Positions 1 through 15,000 of a stretch of DNA of 64,000 nt are shown one piece after another. A program made the position numbers and the translations under genes. This DNA comes from Eledone cirrhosa (lineage: Eukaryota). The notes under the pieces were generated by a model. That model worked only from the letters and a program-made list of their open reading frames with translations, did no database searches and was not told the DNA's origin. The stretch spans positions 41,292,001 through 41,356,000 of the forward strand of contig OZ024740.1 of the NCBI GenBank assembly GCA_964016885.1, read 5' to 3'. Each line of letters begins with the position of its first letter. Positions within the stretch are counted from its first letter, which is position 1.

Positions 1-3000
1 ATTTGTTTTATGTATTAAAATAAAGTGTACGTGAAGATAAATTTACTTTTATTTGTTTTATGTATTAAAATAAAGTGTACGTGAAGATAAATTTACTTTT
101 ATTTGTTTTATGTATTAAAATAAAGTGTACGTGAAGATAAATTTACTTTTATTTGTTTTATGTATTAAAATAAAGTGTACGTGAAGATAAATTTATTTTT
201 ATTTGTTTTATGTATTAAAATAAAGTGTACGTGAAGATAAATTTATTTTTATTTGTTTTATGTATTAAAATAAAGTGTACGTGAAGATAGATTTATTTTT
301 ATTTGTGTTATGTATTAAAATAAAGTGTACGTGAAGATAAATTTATTTTTATTTGTTTTATGTATTAAAATAAAGTGTACGTGAAGATAAATTTATTTTT
401 ATTTGTTTTATGTATTTAAATAAAGTGTACGTGAAGATAAACTTATTTTTATTTGTTTTATGTATTAAAATAAAGTGTACCTGAAGATAAATTTATTTTT
501 ATTTGTTTTATGTATTAAAATAAAGTGTACGTGAAGATAGATTTATTTTTATTTGTGTTATGTATTAAAATAAAGTGTACGTGAAGAATAAATTTATTTT
601 TATTTGTTTTATGTATTAAAATAAAGTGTACGTGAAGATAAATTTATTTTTATTTGTTTTATGTATTAAAATAAAGTGTACGTGAAGATACATTTATTTT
701 TATTTGTTTTATGTATTAAAATAAAGTGTACGTGAAGATAAATTTATTTTTATTTGTCTTATGTATTAAAATAATGTGTACGTGAAGATAAATTTACTTT
801 TATTTGTTTTATGTATTAAAATAAAGTGTACGTGAAGATAAATTTACTTTTATTTGTTTTATGTATTAAAATAAAGTGTACGTGAAGATAAATTTACTTT
901 TATTTGTTTTATGTATTAAAATAAAGTGTACGTGAAGATAAATTTACTTTTATTTGTTTTATGTATTAAAATAAAGTGTACGTGAAGATAAATTTATTTT
1001 TATTTGTTTCATGTATTAAAATAAAGTGTACGTGAAGATAAATTTATTTTTATTTGTTTTATGTATTAAAATAAAGTGTACGTGAAGATAAATTTATTTT
1101 TATTTGTTTTATGTATTAAAATAAAGTGTACGTGAAGATAGATTTATTTTTATTTGTTTTATGTATTAAAATAAAGTGTACGTGAAGATAAATTTATTTT
1201 TATTTGTTTTATGTATTAAAATAAAGTGTACGTGAAGATAAATTTATTTTTATTTGTTTTATGTATTAAAATAAAGTGTTCGTGAAGATAAATTTATTTT
1301 TATTTGTTTTATATATTAAAATAAAGTGTACGTGAAGATAAATTTATTTTTATTTGTCTTATGTATTAAAATAATGTGTACGTGAAGATAAATTTACTTT
1401 TATTTGTTTTATGTATTAAAATAAAGTGTACGTGAAGATAAATTTACTTTTATTTGTTTTATGTATTAAAATAAAGTGTACGTGAAGATAAATTTACTTT
1501 TATTTGTTTTATGTATTAAAATAAAGTGTACGTGAAGATAAATTTACTTTTATTTGTTTTATGTATTAAAATAAAGTGTACGTGAAGATAAATTTATTTT
1601 TATTTGTTTTATGTATTAAAATAAAGTGTACGTGAAGATAAATTTATTTTTATTTGTTTTATGTATTAAAATAAAGTGTACGTGAAGATAAATTTATTTT
1701 TATTTGTTTTATGTATTAAAATAAAGTGTACGTGAAGATAAATTTATTTTTATTTGTTTTATGTATTTAAATAAAGTGTACGTGAAGATAAACTTATTTT
1801 TATTTGTTTTATGTATTAAAATAAAGTGTACCTGAAGATAAATTTATTTTTATTTGTTTTATGTATTAAAATAAAGTGTACGTGAAGATAGATTTATTTT
1901 TATTTGTGTTATGTATTAAAATAAAGTGTACGTGAAGAATAAATTTATTTTTATTTGTTTTATGTATTAAAATAAAGTGTACGTGAAGATAAATTTATTT
2001 TTATTTGTTTTATGTATTAAAATAAAGTGTACGTGAAGATACATTTATTTTTATTTGTTTTATGTATTAAAATAAAGTGTACGTGAAGATAAATTTATTT
2101 TTATTTGTCTTATGTATTAAAATAATGTGTACGTGAAGATAAATTTACTTTTATTTGTTTTATGTATTAAAATAAAGTGTACGTGAAGATAAATTTACTT
2201 TTATTTGTTTTATGTATTAAAATAAAGTGTACGTGAAGATAAATTTACTTTTATTTGTTTTATGTATTAAAATAAAGTGTACGTGAAGATAAATTTACTT
2301 TTATTTGTTTTATGTATTAAAATAAAGTGTACGTGAAGATAAATTTATTTTTATTTGTTTCATGTATTAAAATAAAGTGTACGTGAAGATAAATTTATTT
2401 TTATTTGTTTTATGTATTAAAATAAAGTGTACGTGAAGATAAATTTATTTTTATTTGTTTTATGTATTAAAATAAAGTGTACGTGAAGATAGATTTATTT
2501 TTATTTGTTTTATGTATTAAAATAAAGTGTACGTGAAGATAAATTTATTTTTATTTGTTTTATGTATTAAAATAAAGTGTACGTGAAGATAAATTTATTT
2601 TTATTTGTTTTATGTATTAAAATAAAGTGTTCGTGAAGATAAATTTATTTTTATTTGTTTTATATATTAAAATAAAGTGTACGTGAAGATAAATTTATTT
2701 TTATTTGTCTTATGTATTAAAATAATGTGTACGTGAAGATAAATTTACTTTTATTTGTTTTATGTATTAAAATAAAGTGTACGTGAAGATAAATTTACTT
2801 TTATTTGTTTTATGTATTAAAATAAAGTGTACGTGAAGATAAATTTACTTTTATTTGTTTTATGTATTAAAATAAAGTGTACGTGAAGATAAATTTACTT
2901 TTATTTGTTTTATGTATTAAAATAAAGTGTACGTGAAGATAAATTTATTTTTATTTGTTTTATGTATTAAAATAAAGTGTACGTGAAGATAAATTTATTT

Positions 3001-6000
3001 TTATTTGTTTTATGTATTAAAATAAAGTGTACGTGAAGATAAATTTATTTTTATTTGTTTTATGTATTAAAATAAAGTGTACGTGAAGATAAATTTATTT
3101 TTATTTGTTTTATGTATTAAAATAAAGTGTACGTGAAGATAAATTTATTTTTATTTGTTTTATATATTAAAATAAAGTGTACGTGAAGATAAATTTATTT
3201 TTATTTGTTTATGTATTAAAATAAAGTGTACGTGAAGATAAATTTATTTCTATTTGTTTTTTGTATTAAAATAAAGTGTACGTGAAGATAAATTTATTTT
3301 TATTTGTTTTATGTATTAAAATAAAGTGTACGTGAAGATAAATTTATTTTTATTTGTTTTATGTATTAAAATAAAGTGTACGTGAAGATAGATTTATTTT
3401 TATTTGTGTTATGTATTAAAATAAAGTGTACGTGAAGATAAATTTATTTTTATTTGTTTTATGTATTAAAATAAAGTGTACGTGAAGATAAATTTATTTT
3501 TATTTGTTTTATGTATTAAAATAAAGTGTACGTGAAGATAAATTTACTTTTATTTGTTTTATGTATTAAAATAAAGTGTACGTGAAGATAAATTTACTTT
3601 TATTTGTTTTATGTATTAAAATAAAGTGTACGTGAAGATAAATGTATTTTTATTTGTTTTATGTATTAAAATAAAGTGTACGTGAAGATAAATTTATTTT
3701 TATTTGTTTTATGTATTAAAATAAAGTGTACGTGAAGATAAATTTATTTTTATTTGTTTTATGTATTAAAATAAAGTGTACGTGAAGATAAATTTATTTT
3801 TATTTGTTTTATGTATTAAAATAAAGTGTACGTGAAGATAAATTTATTTTTATTTGTTTTATGTATTAAAATAAAATGTACGTGAAGATAAATTTATTTT
3901 TATTTGTTTTATGTATTAAAATAATGTGTACGTGAAGATAAATTTATTTTTATTTGTTTTATGTATTAAAATAAAGTGTACGTGAAGATAGATTTATTTT
4001 TATTTGTGTTATGTATTAAAATAAAGTGTACGTGAAGATAAATTTATTTTTATTTGTTTTATGTATTAAAATAAAGTGTACGTGAAGATAAATTTATTTT
4101 TATTTGTTTTATGTATTAAAATAAAGTGTACGTGAAGATAAATTTATTTTTAATTGTTTTATGTATTTAAATAAAGTGTACGTGAAGATAAACTTATTTT
4201 TATTTGTTTTATGTATTAAAATAAAGTGTACGTGAAGATAAATTTATTTTTATTTGTTTTATGTATTAAAATAAAGTGTACGTGAAGATAGATTTATTTT
4301 TATTTGTGTTATGTATTAAAATAAAGTGTACGTGAAGATAAATTTATTTTTATTTGTTTTATGTATTAAAATAAAGTGTACGTGAAGATAAATTTATTTT
4401 TATTTGTTTTATGTATTAAAATAAAGTGTACGTGAAGATACATTTATTTTTATTTGTTTTATGTATTAAAATAAAGTGTACGTGAAGATAAATTTATTTT
4501 TATTTGTCTTATGTATTAAAATAATGTGTACGTGAAGATAAATTTACTTTTATTTGTTTTATGTATTAAAATAAAGTGTACGTGAAGATAAATTTACTTT
4601 TATTTGTTTTATGTATTAAAATAAAGTGTACGTGAAGATAAATTTACTTTTATTTGTTTTATGTATTAAAATAAAGTGTACGTGAAGATAAATTTACTTT
4701 TATTTGTTTTATGTATTAAAATAAAGTGTACGTGAAGATAAATTTATTTTTATTTGTTTCATGTATTAAAATAAAGTGTACGTGAAGATAAATTTATTTT
4801 TATTTGTTTTATGTATTAAAATAAAGTGTACGTGAAGATAAATTTATTTTTATTTGTTTTATGAATTAAAATAAAGTGTACGTGAAGATAGATTTATTTT
4901 TATTTGTTTTATGTATTAAAATAAAGTGTACGTGAAGATAAATTTATTTTTATTTGTTTTATGTATTAAAATAAAGTGTACGTGAAGATAAATTTATTTT
5001 TATTTGTTTTATGTATTAAAATAAAGTGTTCGTGAAGATAAATTTATTTTTATTTGTTTTATATATTAAAATAAAGTGTACGTGAAGATAAATTTATTTT
5101 TATTTGTCTTATGTATTAAAATAATGTGTACGTGAAGATAAATTTACTTTTATTTGTTTTATGTATTAAAATAAAGTGTACGTGAAGATAAATTTACTTT
5201 TATTTGTTTTATGTATTAAAATAAAGTGTACGTGAAGATAAATTTACTTTTATTTGTTTTATGTATTAAAATAAAGTGTACGTGAAGATAAATTTACTTT
5301 TATTTGTTTTATGTATTAAAATAAAGTGTACGTGAAGATAAATTTATTTTTATTTGTTTTATGTATTAAAATAAAGTGTACGTGAAGATAAATTTATTTT
5401 TATTTGTTTTATGTATTAAAATAAAGTGTACGTGAAGATAGATTTATTTTTATTTGTGTTATGTATTAAAATAAAGTGTACGTGAAGATAAATTTATTTT
5501 TATTTGTTTTATGTATTAAAATAAAGTGTACGTGAAGATAAATTTATTTTTATTTGTTTTATGTATTAAAATAAAGTGTACGTGAAGATAAATTTATTTT
5601 TAATTGTTTTATGTATTTAAATAAAGTGTACGTGAAGATAAACTTATTTTTATTTGTTTTATGTATTAAAATAAAGTGTACGTGAAGATAAATTTATTTT
5701 TATTTGTTTTATGTATTAAAATAAAGTGTACGTGAAGATAGATTTATTTTTATTTGTGTTATGTATTAAAATAAAGTGTACGTGAAGATAAATTTATTTT
5801 TATTTGTTTTATGTATTAAAATAAAGTGTACGTGAAGATAAATTTATTTTTATTTGTTTTATGTATTAAAATAAAGTGTACGTGAAGATACATTTATTTT
5901 TATTTGTTTTATGTATTAAAATAAAGTGTACGTGAAGATAAATTTATTTTTATTTGTCTTATGTATTAAAATAATGTGTACGTGAAGATAAATTTACTTT

Positions 6001-9000
6001 TATTTGTTTTATGTATTAAAATAAAGTGTACGTGAAGATAAATTTACTTTTATTTGTTTTATGTATTAAAATAAAGTGTACGTGAAGATAAATTTACTTT
6101 TATTTGTTTTATGTATTAAAATAAAGTGTACGTGAAGATAAATTTACTTTTATTTGTTTTATGTATTAAAATAAAGTGTACGTGAAGATAAATTTATTTT
6201 TATTTGTTTCATGTATTAAAATAAAGTGTACGTGAAGATAGATTTATTTTTATTTGTGTTATGTATTAAAATAAAGTGTACGTGAAGATAAATTTATTTT
6301 TATTTGTTTTATGTATTAAAATAAAGTGTACGTGAAGATAAATTTATTTTTATTTGTTTTATGTATTAAAATAAAGTGTACGTGAAGATAAATTTACTTT
6401 TATTTGTTTTATGTATTAAAATAAAGTGTACGCGAAGATAAATTTACTTTTATTTGTTTTATGTATTAAAATAAAGTGTACGTGAAGATAAATGTATTTT
6501 TATTTGTTTTATGTATTAAAATAAAGTGTACGTGAAGATAAATTTATTTTTATTTGTTTTATGTATTAAAATAAAGTGTACGTGAAGATAAATTTATTTT
6601 TATTTGTTTTATGTATTAAAATAAAGTGTACGTGAAGATAAATTTATTTTTATTTGTTTTATGTATTAAAATAAAGTGTACGTGAAGATAAATTTATTTT
6701 TATTTGTTTTATGTATTAAAATAAAGTGTACGTGAAGATAAATTTATTTTTATTTGTTTTATGTATTAAAATAAAGTGTCCGTGAAGATAAATTTATTTT
6801 TATTTGTTTTATGTATTAAAATAAAGTGTACGTGAAGATAAATTTATTTTTATTTGTCTTATGTATTAAAATAATGTGTACGTGAAGATAAATTTACTTT
6901 TATTTGTTTTATGAATTAAAATAAAGTGTACGTGAAGATAAATTTACTTTTATTTGTTTTATGTATTAAAATCAAGTGTACGTGAAGATAAATTTACTCT
7001 TATTTGTTTTATGTATTAAAATAAAGTGTACGTGAAGATAAATTTACTTTTATTTGTTTTATGTATTAAAATAAAGTGTACGTGAAGATAAATTTATTTT
7101 TATTTGTTTTATGTATTAAAATAAAGTGTACGTGAAGATAAATTTATTTTTATTTGTTTTATGTATTAAAATAAAGTGTACGTGAAGATAAATTTATTTT
7201 TATTTGTTTTATGTATTAAAATAAAGTGTACGTGAAGATAAATTTATTTTTATTTGTTTTATGTATTAAAATAAAGTGTACGTGAAGATAAATTTATTTT
7301 TATTTGTTTTATGTATTAAAATAAAATGTACGTGAAGATAAATTTATTTTTATTTGTTTTATGTATTAAAATAATGTGTACGTGAAGATAAATTTATTTT
7401 TATTTGTTTTATGTATTAAAATAAAGTGTACGTGAAGATAGATTTATTTTTATTTGTGTTATGTATTAAAATAAAGTGTACGTGAAGATAAATTTATTTT
7501 TATTTGTTTTATGTATTAAAATAAAGTGTACGTGAAGATAAATTTATTTTTATTTGTTTTATGTATTAAAATAAAGTGTACGTGAAGATAAATTTATTTT
7601 TAATTGTTTTATGTATTTAAATAAAGTGTACGTGAAGATAAACTTATTTTTATTTGTTTTATGTATTAAAATAAAGTGTACGTGAAGATAAATTTATTTT
7701 TATTTGTTTTATGTATTAAAATAAAGTGTACGTGAAGATAGATTTATTTTTATTTGTGTTATGTATTAAAATAAAGTGTACGTGAAGATAAATTTATTTT
7801 TATTTGTTTTATGTATTAAAATAAAGTGTACGTGAAGATAAATTTATTTTTATTTGTTTTATGTATTAAAATAAAGTGTACGTGAAGATACATTTATTTT
7901 TATTTGTTTTATGTATTAAAATAAAGTGTACGTGAAGATAAATTTATTTTTATTTGTCTTATGTATTAAAATAATGTGTACGTGAAGATAAATTTACTTT
8001 TATTTGTTTTATGTATTAAAATAAAGTGTACGTGAAGATAAATTTACTTTTATTTGTTTTATGTATTAAAATAAAGTGTACGTGAAGATAAATTTACTTT
8101 TATTTGTTTTATGTATTAAAATAAAGTGTACGTGAAGATAAATTTACTTTTATTTGTTTTATGTATTAAAATAAAGTGTACGTGAAGATAAATTTATTTT
8201 TATTTGTTTCATGTATTAAAATAAAGTGTACGTGAAGATAAATTTATTTTTATTTGTTTTATGTATTAAAATAAAGTGTACGTGAAGATAAATTTATTTT
8301 TATTTGTTTTATGAATTAAAATAAAGTGTACGTGAAGATAGATTTATTTTTATTTGTTTTATGTATTAAAATAAAGTGTACGTGAAGATAAATTTATTTT
8401 TATTTGTTTTATGTATTAAAATAAAGTGTACGTGAAGATAAATTTATTTTTATTTGTTTTATGTATTAAAATAAAGTGTTCGTGAAGATAAATTTATTTT
8501 TATTTGTTTTATATATTAAAATAAAGTGTACGTGAAGATAAATTTATTTTTATTTGTCTTATGTATTAAAATAATGTGTACGTGAAGATAAATTTACTTT
8601 TATTTGTTTTATGTATTAAAATAAAGTGTACGTGAAGATAAATTTACTTTTATTTGTTTTATGTATTAAAATAAAGTGTACGTGAAGATAAATTTACTTT
8701 TATTTGTTTTATGTATTAAAATAAAGTGTACGTGAAGATAAATTTACTTTTATTTGTTTTATGTATTAAAATAAAGTGTACGTGAAGATAAATTTATTTT
8801 TATTTGTTTTATGTATTAAAATAAAGTGTACGTGAAGATAAATTTATTTTTATTTGTTTTATGTATTAAAATAAAGTGTACGTGAAGATAAATGTATTTT
8901 TATTTGTTTTATGTATTAAAATAAAGTGTACGTGAAGATAAATTTATTTTTATTTGTTTTATGTATTAAAATAAAGTGTACGTGAAGATAAATTTATTTT

Positions 9001-12000
9001 TATTTGTTTTATGTATTAAAATAAAGTGTACGTGAAGATAAATGTATTTTTATTTGTTTTATGTATTAAAATAAAGTGTACGTGAAGATAAATTTATTTT
9101 TATTTGTTTTATGTATTAAAATAAAGTGTACGTGAAGATAAATTTATTTTTATTTGTTTTATGTATTAAAATAAAGTGTACGTGAAGATAAATTTATTTT
9201 TATTTGTTTTATGTATTAAAATAAAGTGTACGTGAAGATAAATTTATTTTTATTTGTTTTATGTATTAAAATAAAGTGTACGTGAAGATAAATTTATTTT
9301 TATTTGTTTTATGTATTAAAATAAAGTGTCCGTGAAGATAAATTTATTTTTATTTGTTTTATGTATTAAAATAAAGTGTACGTGAAGATAAATTTATTTT
9401 TATTTGTCTTATGTATTAAAATAATGTGTACGTGAAGATAAATTTACTTTTATTTGTTTTATGAATTAAAATAAAGTGTACGTGAAGATAAATTTACTTT
9501 TATTTGTTTTATGTATTAAAATCAAGTGTACGTGAAGATAAATTTACTCTTATTTGTTTTATGTATTAAAATAAAGTGTACGTGAAGATAAATTTACTTT
9601 TATTTGTTTTATGTATTAAAATAAAGTGTACGTGAAGATAAATTTATTTTTATTTGTTTTATGTATTAAAATAAAGTGTACGTGAAGATAAATTTATTTT
9701 TATTTGTTTTATGTATTAAAATAAAGTGTACGTGAAGATAAATTTATTTTTATTTGTTTTATGTATTAAAATAAAGTGTACGTGAAGATAAATTTATTTT
9801 TATTTGTTTTATGTATTAAAATAAAGTGTACGTGAAGATAAATTTATTTTTATTTGTTTTATGTATTAAAATAAAATGTACGTGAAGATAAATTTATTTT
9901 TATTTGTTTTATGTATTAAAATAATGTGTACGTGAAGATAAATTTATTTTTATTTGTTTTATGTATTAAAATAAAGTGTACGTGAAGATAGATTTATTTT
10001 TATTTATGTTATGTATTAAAATAAAGTGTACGTGAAGATAAATTTATTTTTATTTGTTTTATGTATTAAAATAAAGTGTACGTGAAGATAAATTTATTTT
10101 TATTTGTTTTATGTATTAAAATAAAGTGTACGTGAAGATAAATTTATTTTTAATTGTTTTATGTATTTAAATAAAGTGTACGTGAAGATAAACTTATTTT
10201 TATTTGTTTTATGTATTAAAATAAAGTGTACGTGAAGATAAATTTATTTTTATTTGTTTTATGTATTAAAATAAAGTGTACGTGAAGATAGATTTATTTT
10301 TATTTGTGTTATGTATTAAAATAAAGTGTACGTGAAGATAAATTTATTTTCATTTGTTTTATGTATTAAAATAAAGTGTACGTGAAGATAAATTTATTTT
10401 TATTTGTTTTATGTATTAAAATAAAGTGTACGTGAAGATACATTTATTTTTATTTGTTTTATGTATTAAAATAAAGTGTACGTGAAGATAAATTTATTTT
10501 TATTTGTCTTATGTATTAAAATAATGTGTACGTGAAGATAAATTTACTTTTATTTGTTTTATGTATTAAAATAAAGTGTACGTGAAGATAAATTTACTTT
10601 TATTTGTTTTATGTATTAAAATAAAGTGTACGTGAAGATAAATTTACTTTTATTTGTTTTATGTATTAAAATAAAGTGTACGTGAAGATAAATTTACTTT
10701 TATTTGTTTTATGTATTAAAATAAAGTGTACGTGAAGATAAATTTATTTTTATTTGTTTCATGTATTAAAATAAAGTGTACGTGAAGATAAATTTATTTT
10801 TATTTGTTTTATGTATTAAAATAAAGTGTACGTGAAGATAAATTTATTTTTATTTGTTTTATGAATTAAAATAAAGTGTACGTGAAGATAGATTTATTTT
10901 TATTTGTTTTATGTATTAAAATAAAGTGTACGTGAAGATAAATTTATTTTTATTTGTTTTATGTATTAAAATAAAGTGTACGTGAAGATAAATTTATTTT
11001 TATTTGTTTTATGTATTAAAATAAAGTGTTCGTGAAGATAAATTTATTTTTATTTGTTTTATATATTAAAATAAAGTGTACGTGAAGATAAATTTATTTT
11101 TATTTGTCTTATGTATTAAAATAATGTGTACGTGAAGATAAATTTACTTTTATTTGTTTTATGTATTAAAATAAAGTGTACGTGAAGATAAATTTACTTT
11201 TATTTGTTTTATGTATTAAAATAAAGTGTACGTGAAGATAAATTTACTTTTATTTGTTTTATGTATTAAAATAAAGTGTACGTGAAGATAAATTTACTTT
11301 TATTTGTTTTATGTATTAAAATAAAGTGTACGTGAAGATAAATTTATTTTTATTTGTTTTATGTATTAAAATAAAGTGTACGTGAAGATAAATTTATTTT
11401 TATTTGTTTTATGTATTAAAATAAAGTGTACGTGAAGATAGATTTATTTTTATTTGTGTTATGTATTAAAATAAAGTGTACGTGAAGATAAATTTATTTT
11501 TATTTGTTTTATGTATTAAAATAAAGTGTACGTGAAGATAAATTTATTTTTATTTGTTTTATGTATTAAAATAAAGTGTACGTGAAGATAAATTTATTTT
11601 TAATTGTTTTATGTATTTAAATAAAGTGTACGTGAAGATAAACTTATTTTTATTTGTTTTATGTATTAAAATAAAGTGTACGTGAAGATAAATTTATTTT
11701 TATTTGTTTTATGTATTAAAATAAAGTGTACGTGAAGATAGATTTATTTTTATTTGTGTTATGTATTAAAATAAAGTGTACGTGAAGATAAATTTATTTT
11801 TATTTGTTTTATGTATTAAAATAAAGTGTACGTGAAGATAAATTTATTTTTATTTGTTTTATGTATTAAAATAAAGTGTACGTGAAGATACATTTATTTT
11901 TATTTGTTTTATGTATTAAAATAAAGTGTACGTGAAGATAAATTTATTTTTATTTGTCTTATGTATTAAAATAATGTGTACGTGAAGATAAATTTACTTT

Positions 12001-15000
12001 TATTTGTTTTATGTATTAAAATAAAGTGTACGTGAAGATAAATTTACTTTTATTTGTTTTATGTATTAAAATAAAGTGTACGTGAAGATAAATTTACTTT
12101 TATTTGTTTTATGTATTAAAATAAAGTGTACGTGAAGATAAATTTACTTTTATTTGTTTTATGTATTAAAATAAAGTGTACGTGAAGATAAATTTATTTT
12201 TATTTGTTTCATGTATTAAAATAAAGTGTACGTGAAGATAGATTTATTTTTATTTGTGTTATGTATTAAAATAAAGTGTACGTGAAGATAAATTTATTTT
12301 TATTTGTTTTATGTATTAAAATAAAGTGTACGTGAAGATAAATTTATTTTTATTTGTTTTATGTATTAAAATAAAGTGTACGTGAAGATAAATTTACTTT
12401 TATTTGTTTTATGTATTAAAATAAAGTGTACGCGAAGATAAATTTACTTTTATTTGTTTTATGTATTAAAATAAAGTGTACGTGAAGATAAATGTATTTT
12501 TATTTGTTTTATGTATTAAAATAAAGTGTACGTGAAGATAAATTTATTTTTATTTGTTTTATGTATTAAAATAAAGTGTACGTGAAGATAAATTTATTTT
12601 TATTTGTTTTATGTATTAAAATAAAGTGTACGTGAAGATAAATTTATTTTTATTTGTTTTATGTATTAAAATAAAGTGTACGTGAAGATAAATTTATTTT
12701 TATTTGTTTTATGTATTAAAATAAAGTGTACGTGAAGATAAATTTATTTTTATTTGTTTTATGTATTAAAATAAAGTGTCCGTGAAGATAAATTTATTTT
12801 TATTTGTTTTATGTATTAAAATAAAGTGTACGTGAAGATAAATTTATTTTTATTTGTCTTATGTATTAAAATAATGTGTACGTGAAGATAAATTTACTTT
12901 TATTTGTTTTATGAATTAAAATAAAGTGTACGTGAAGATAAATTTACTTTTATTTGTTTTATGTATTAAAATCAAGTGTACGTGAAGATAAATTTACTCT
13001 TATTTGTTTTATGTATTAAAATAAAGTGTACGTGAAGATAAATTTACTTTTATTTGTTTTATGTATTAAAATAAAGTGTACGTGAAGATAAATTTATTTT
13101 TATTTGTTTTATGTATTAAAATAAAGTGTACGTGAAGATAAATTTATTTTTATTTGTTTTATGTATTAAAATAAAGTGTACGTGAAGATAAATTTATTTT
13201 TATTTGTTTTATGTATTAAAATAAAGTGTACGTGAAGATAAATTTATTTTTAATTGTTTTATGTATTTAAATAAAGTGTACGTGAAGATAAATTTATTTT
13301 TATTTGTTTTATGTATTAAAATAATGTGTACGTGAAGATAAATTTATTTTTATTTGTTTTATGTATTAAAATAAAGTGTACGTGAAGATAGATTTATTTT
13401 TATTTGTGTTATGTATTAAAATAAAGTGTACGTGAAGATAAATTTATTTTTATTTGTTTTATGTATTAAAATAAAGTGTACGTGAAGATAAATTTATTTT
13501 TATTTGTTTTATGTATTAAAATAAAGTGTACGTGAAGATAAATTTATTTTTAATTGTTTTATGTATTTAAATAAAGTGTACGTGAAGATAAACTTATTTT
13601 TATTTGTTTTATGTATTAAAATAAAGTGTACGTGAAGATAAATTTATTTTTATTTGTTTTATGTATTAAAATAAAGTGTACGTGAAGATAGATTTATTTT
13701 TATTTGTGTTATGTATTAAAATAAAGTGTACGTGAAGATAAATTTATTTTTATTTGTTTTATGTATTAAAATAAAGTGTACGTGAAGATAAATTTATTTT
13801 TATTTGTTTTATGTATTAAAATAAAGTGTACGTGAAGATACATTTATTTTTATTTGTTTTATGTATTAAAATAAAGTGTACGTGAAGATAAATTTATTTT
13901 TATTTGTCTTATGTATTAAAATAATGTGTACGTGAAGATAAATTTACTTTTATTTGTTTTATGTATTAAAATAAAGTGTACGTGAAGATAAATTTACTTT
14001 TATTTGTTTTATGTATTAAAATAAAGTGTACGTGAAGATAAATTTACTTTTATTTGTTTTATGTATTAAAATAAAGTGTACGTGAAGATAAATTTACTTT
14101 TATTTGTTTTATGTATTAAAATAAAGTGTACGTGAAGATAAATTTATTTTTATTTGTTTCATGTATTAAAATAAAGTGTACGTGAAGATAAATTTATTTT
14201 TATTTGTTTTATGTATTAAAATAAAGTGTACGTGAAGATAAATTTATTTTTATTTGTTTTATGAATTAAAATAAAGTGTACGTGAAGATAGATTTATTTT
14301 TATTTGTTTTATGTATTAAAATAAAGTGTACGTGAAGATAAATTTATTTTTATTTGTTTTATGTATTAAAATAAAGTGTACGTGAAGATAAATTTATTTT
14401 TATTTGTTTTATGTATTAAAATAAAGTGTTCGTGAAGATAAATTTATTTTTATTTGTTTTATATATTAAAATAAAGTGTACGTGAAGATAAATTTATTTT
14501 TATTTGTCTTATGTATTAAAATAATGTGTACGTGAAGATAAATTTACTTTTATTTGTTTTATGTATTAAAATAAAGTGTACGTGAAGATAAATTTACTTT
14601 TATTTGTTTTATGTATTAAAATAAAGTGTACGTGAAGATAAATTTACTTTTATTTGTTTTATGTATTAAAATAAAGTGTACGTGAAGATAAATTTACTTT
14701 TATTTGTTTTATGTATTAAAATAAAGTGTACGTGAAGATAAATTTATTTTTATTTGTTTTATGTATTAAAATAAAGTGTACGTGAAGATAAATTTATTTT
14801 TATTTGTTTTATGTATTAAAATAAAGTGTACGTGAAGATAGATTTATTTTTATTTGTGTTATGTATTAAAATAAAGTGTACGTGAAGATAAATTTATTTT
14901 TATTTGTTTTATGTATTAAAATAAAGTGTACGTGAAGATAAATTTATTTTTATTTGTTTTATGTATTAAAATAAAGTGTACGTGAAGATAAATTTATTTT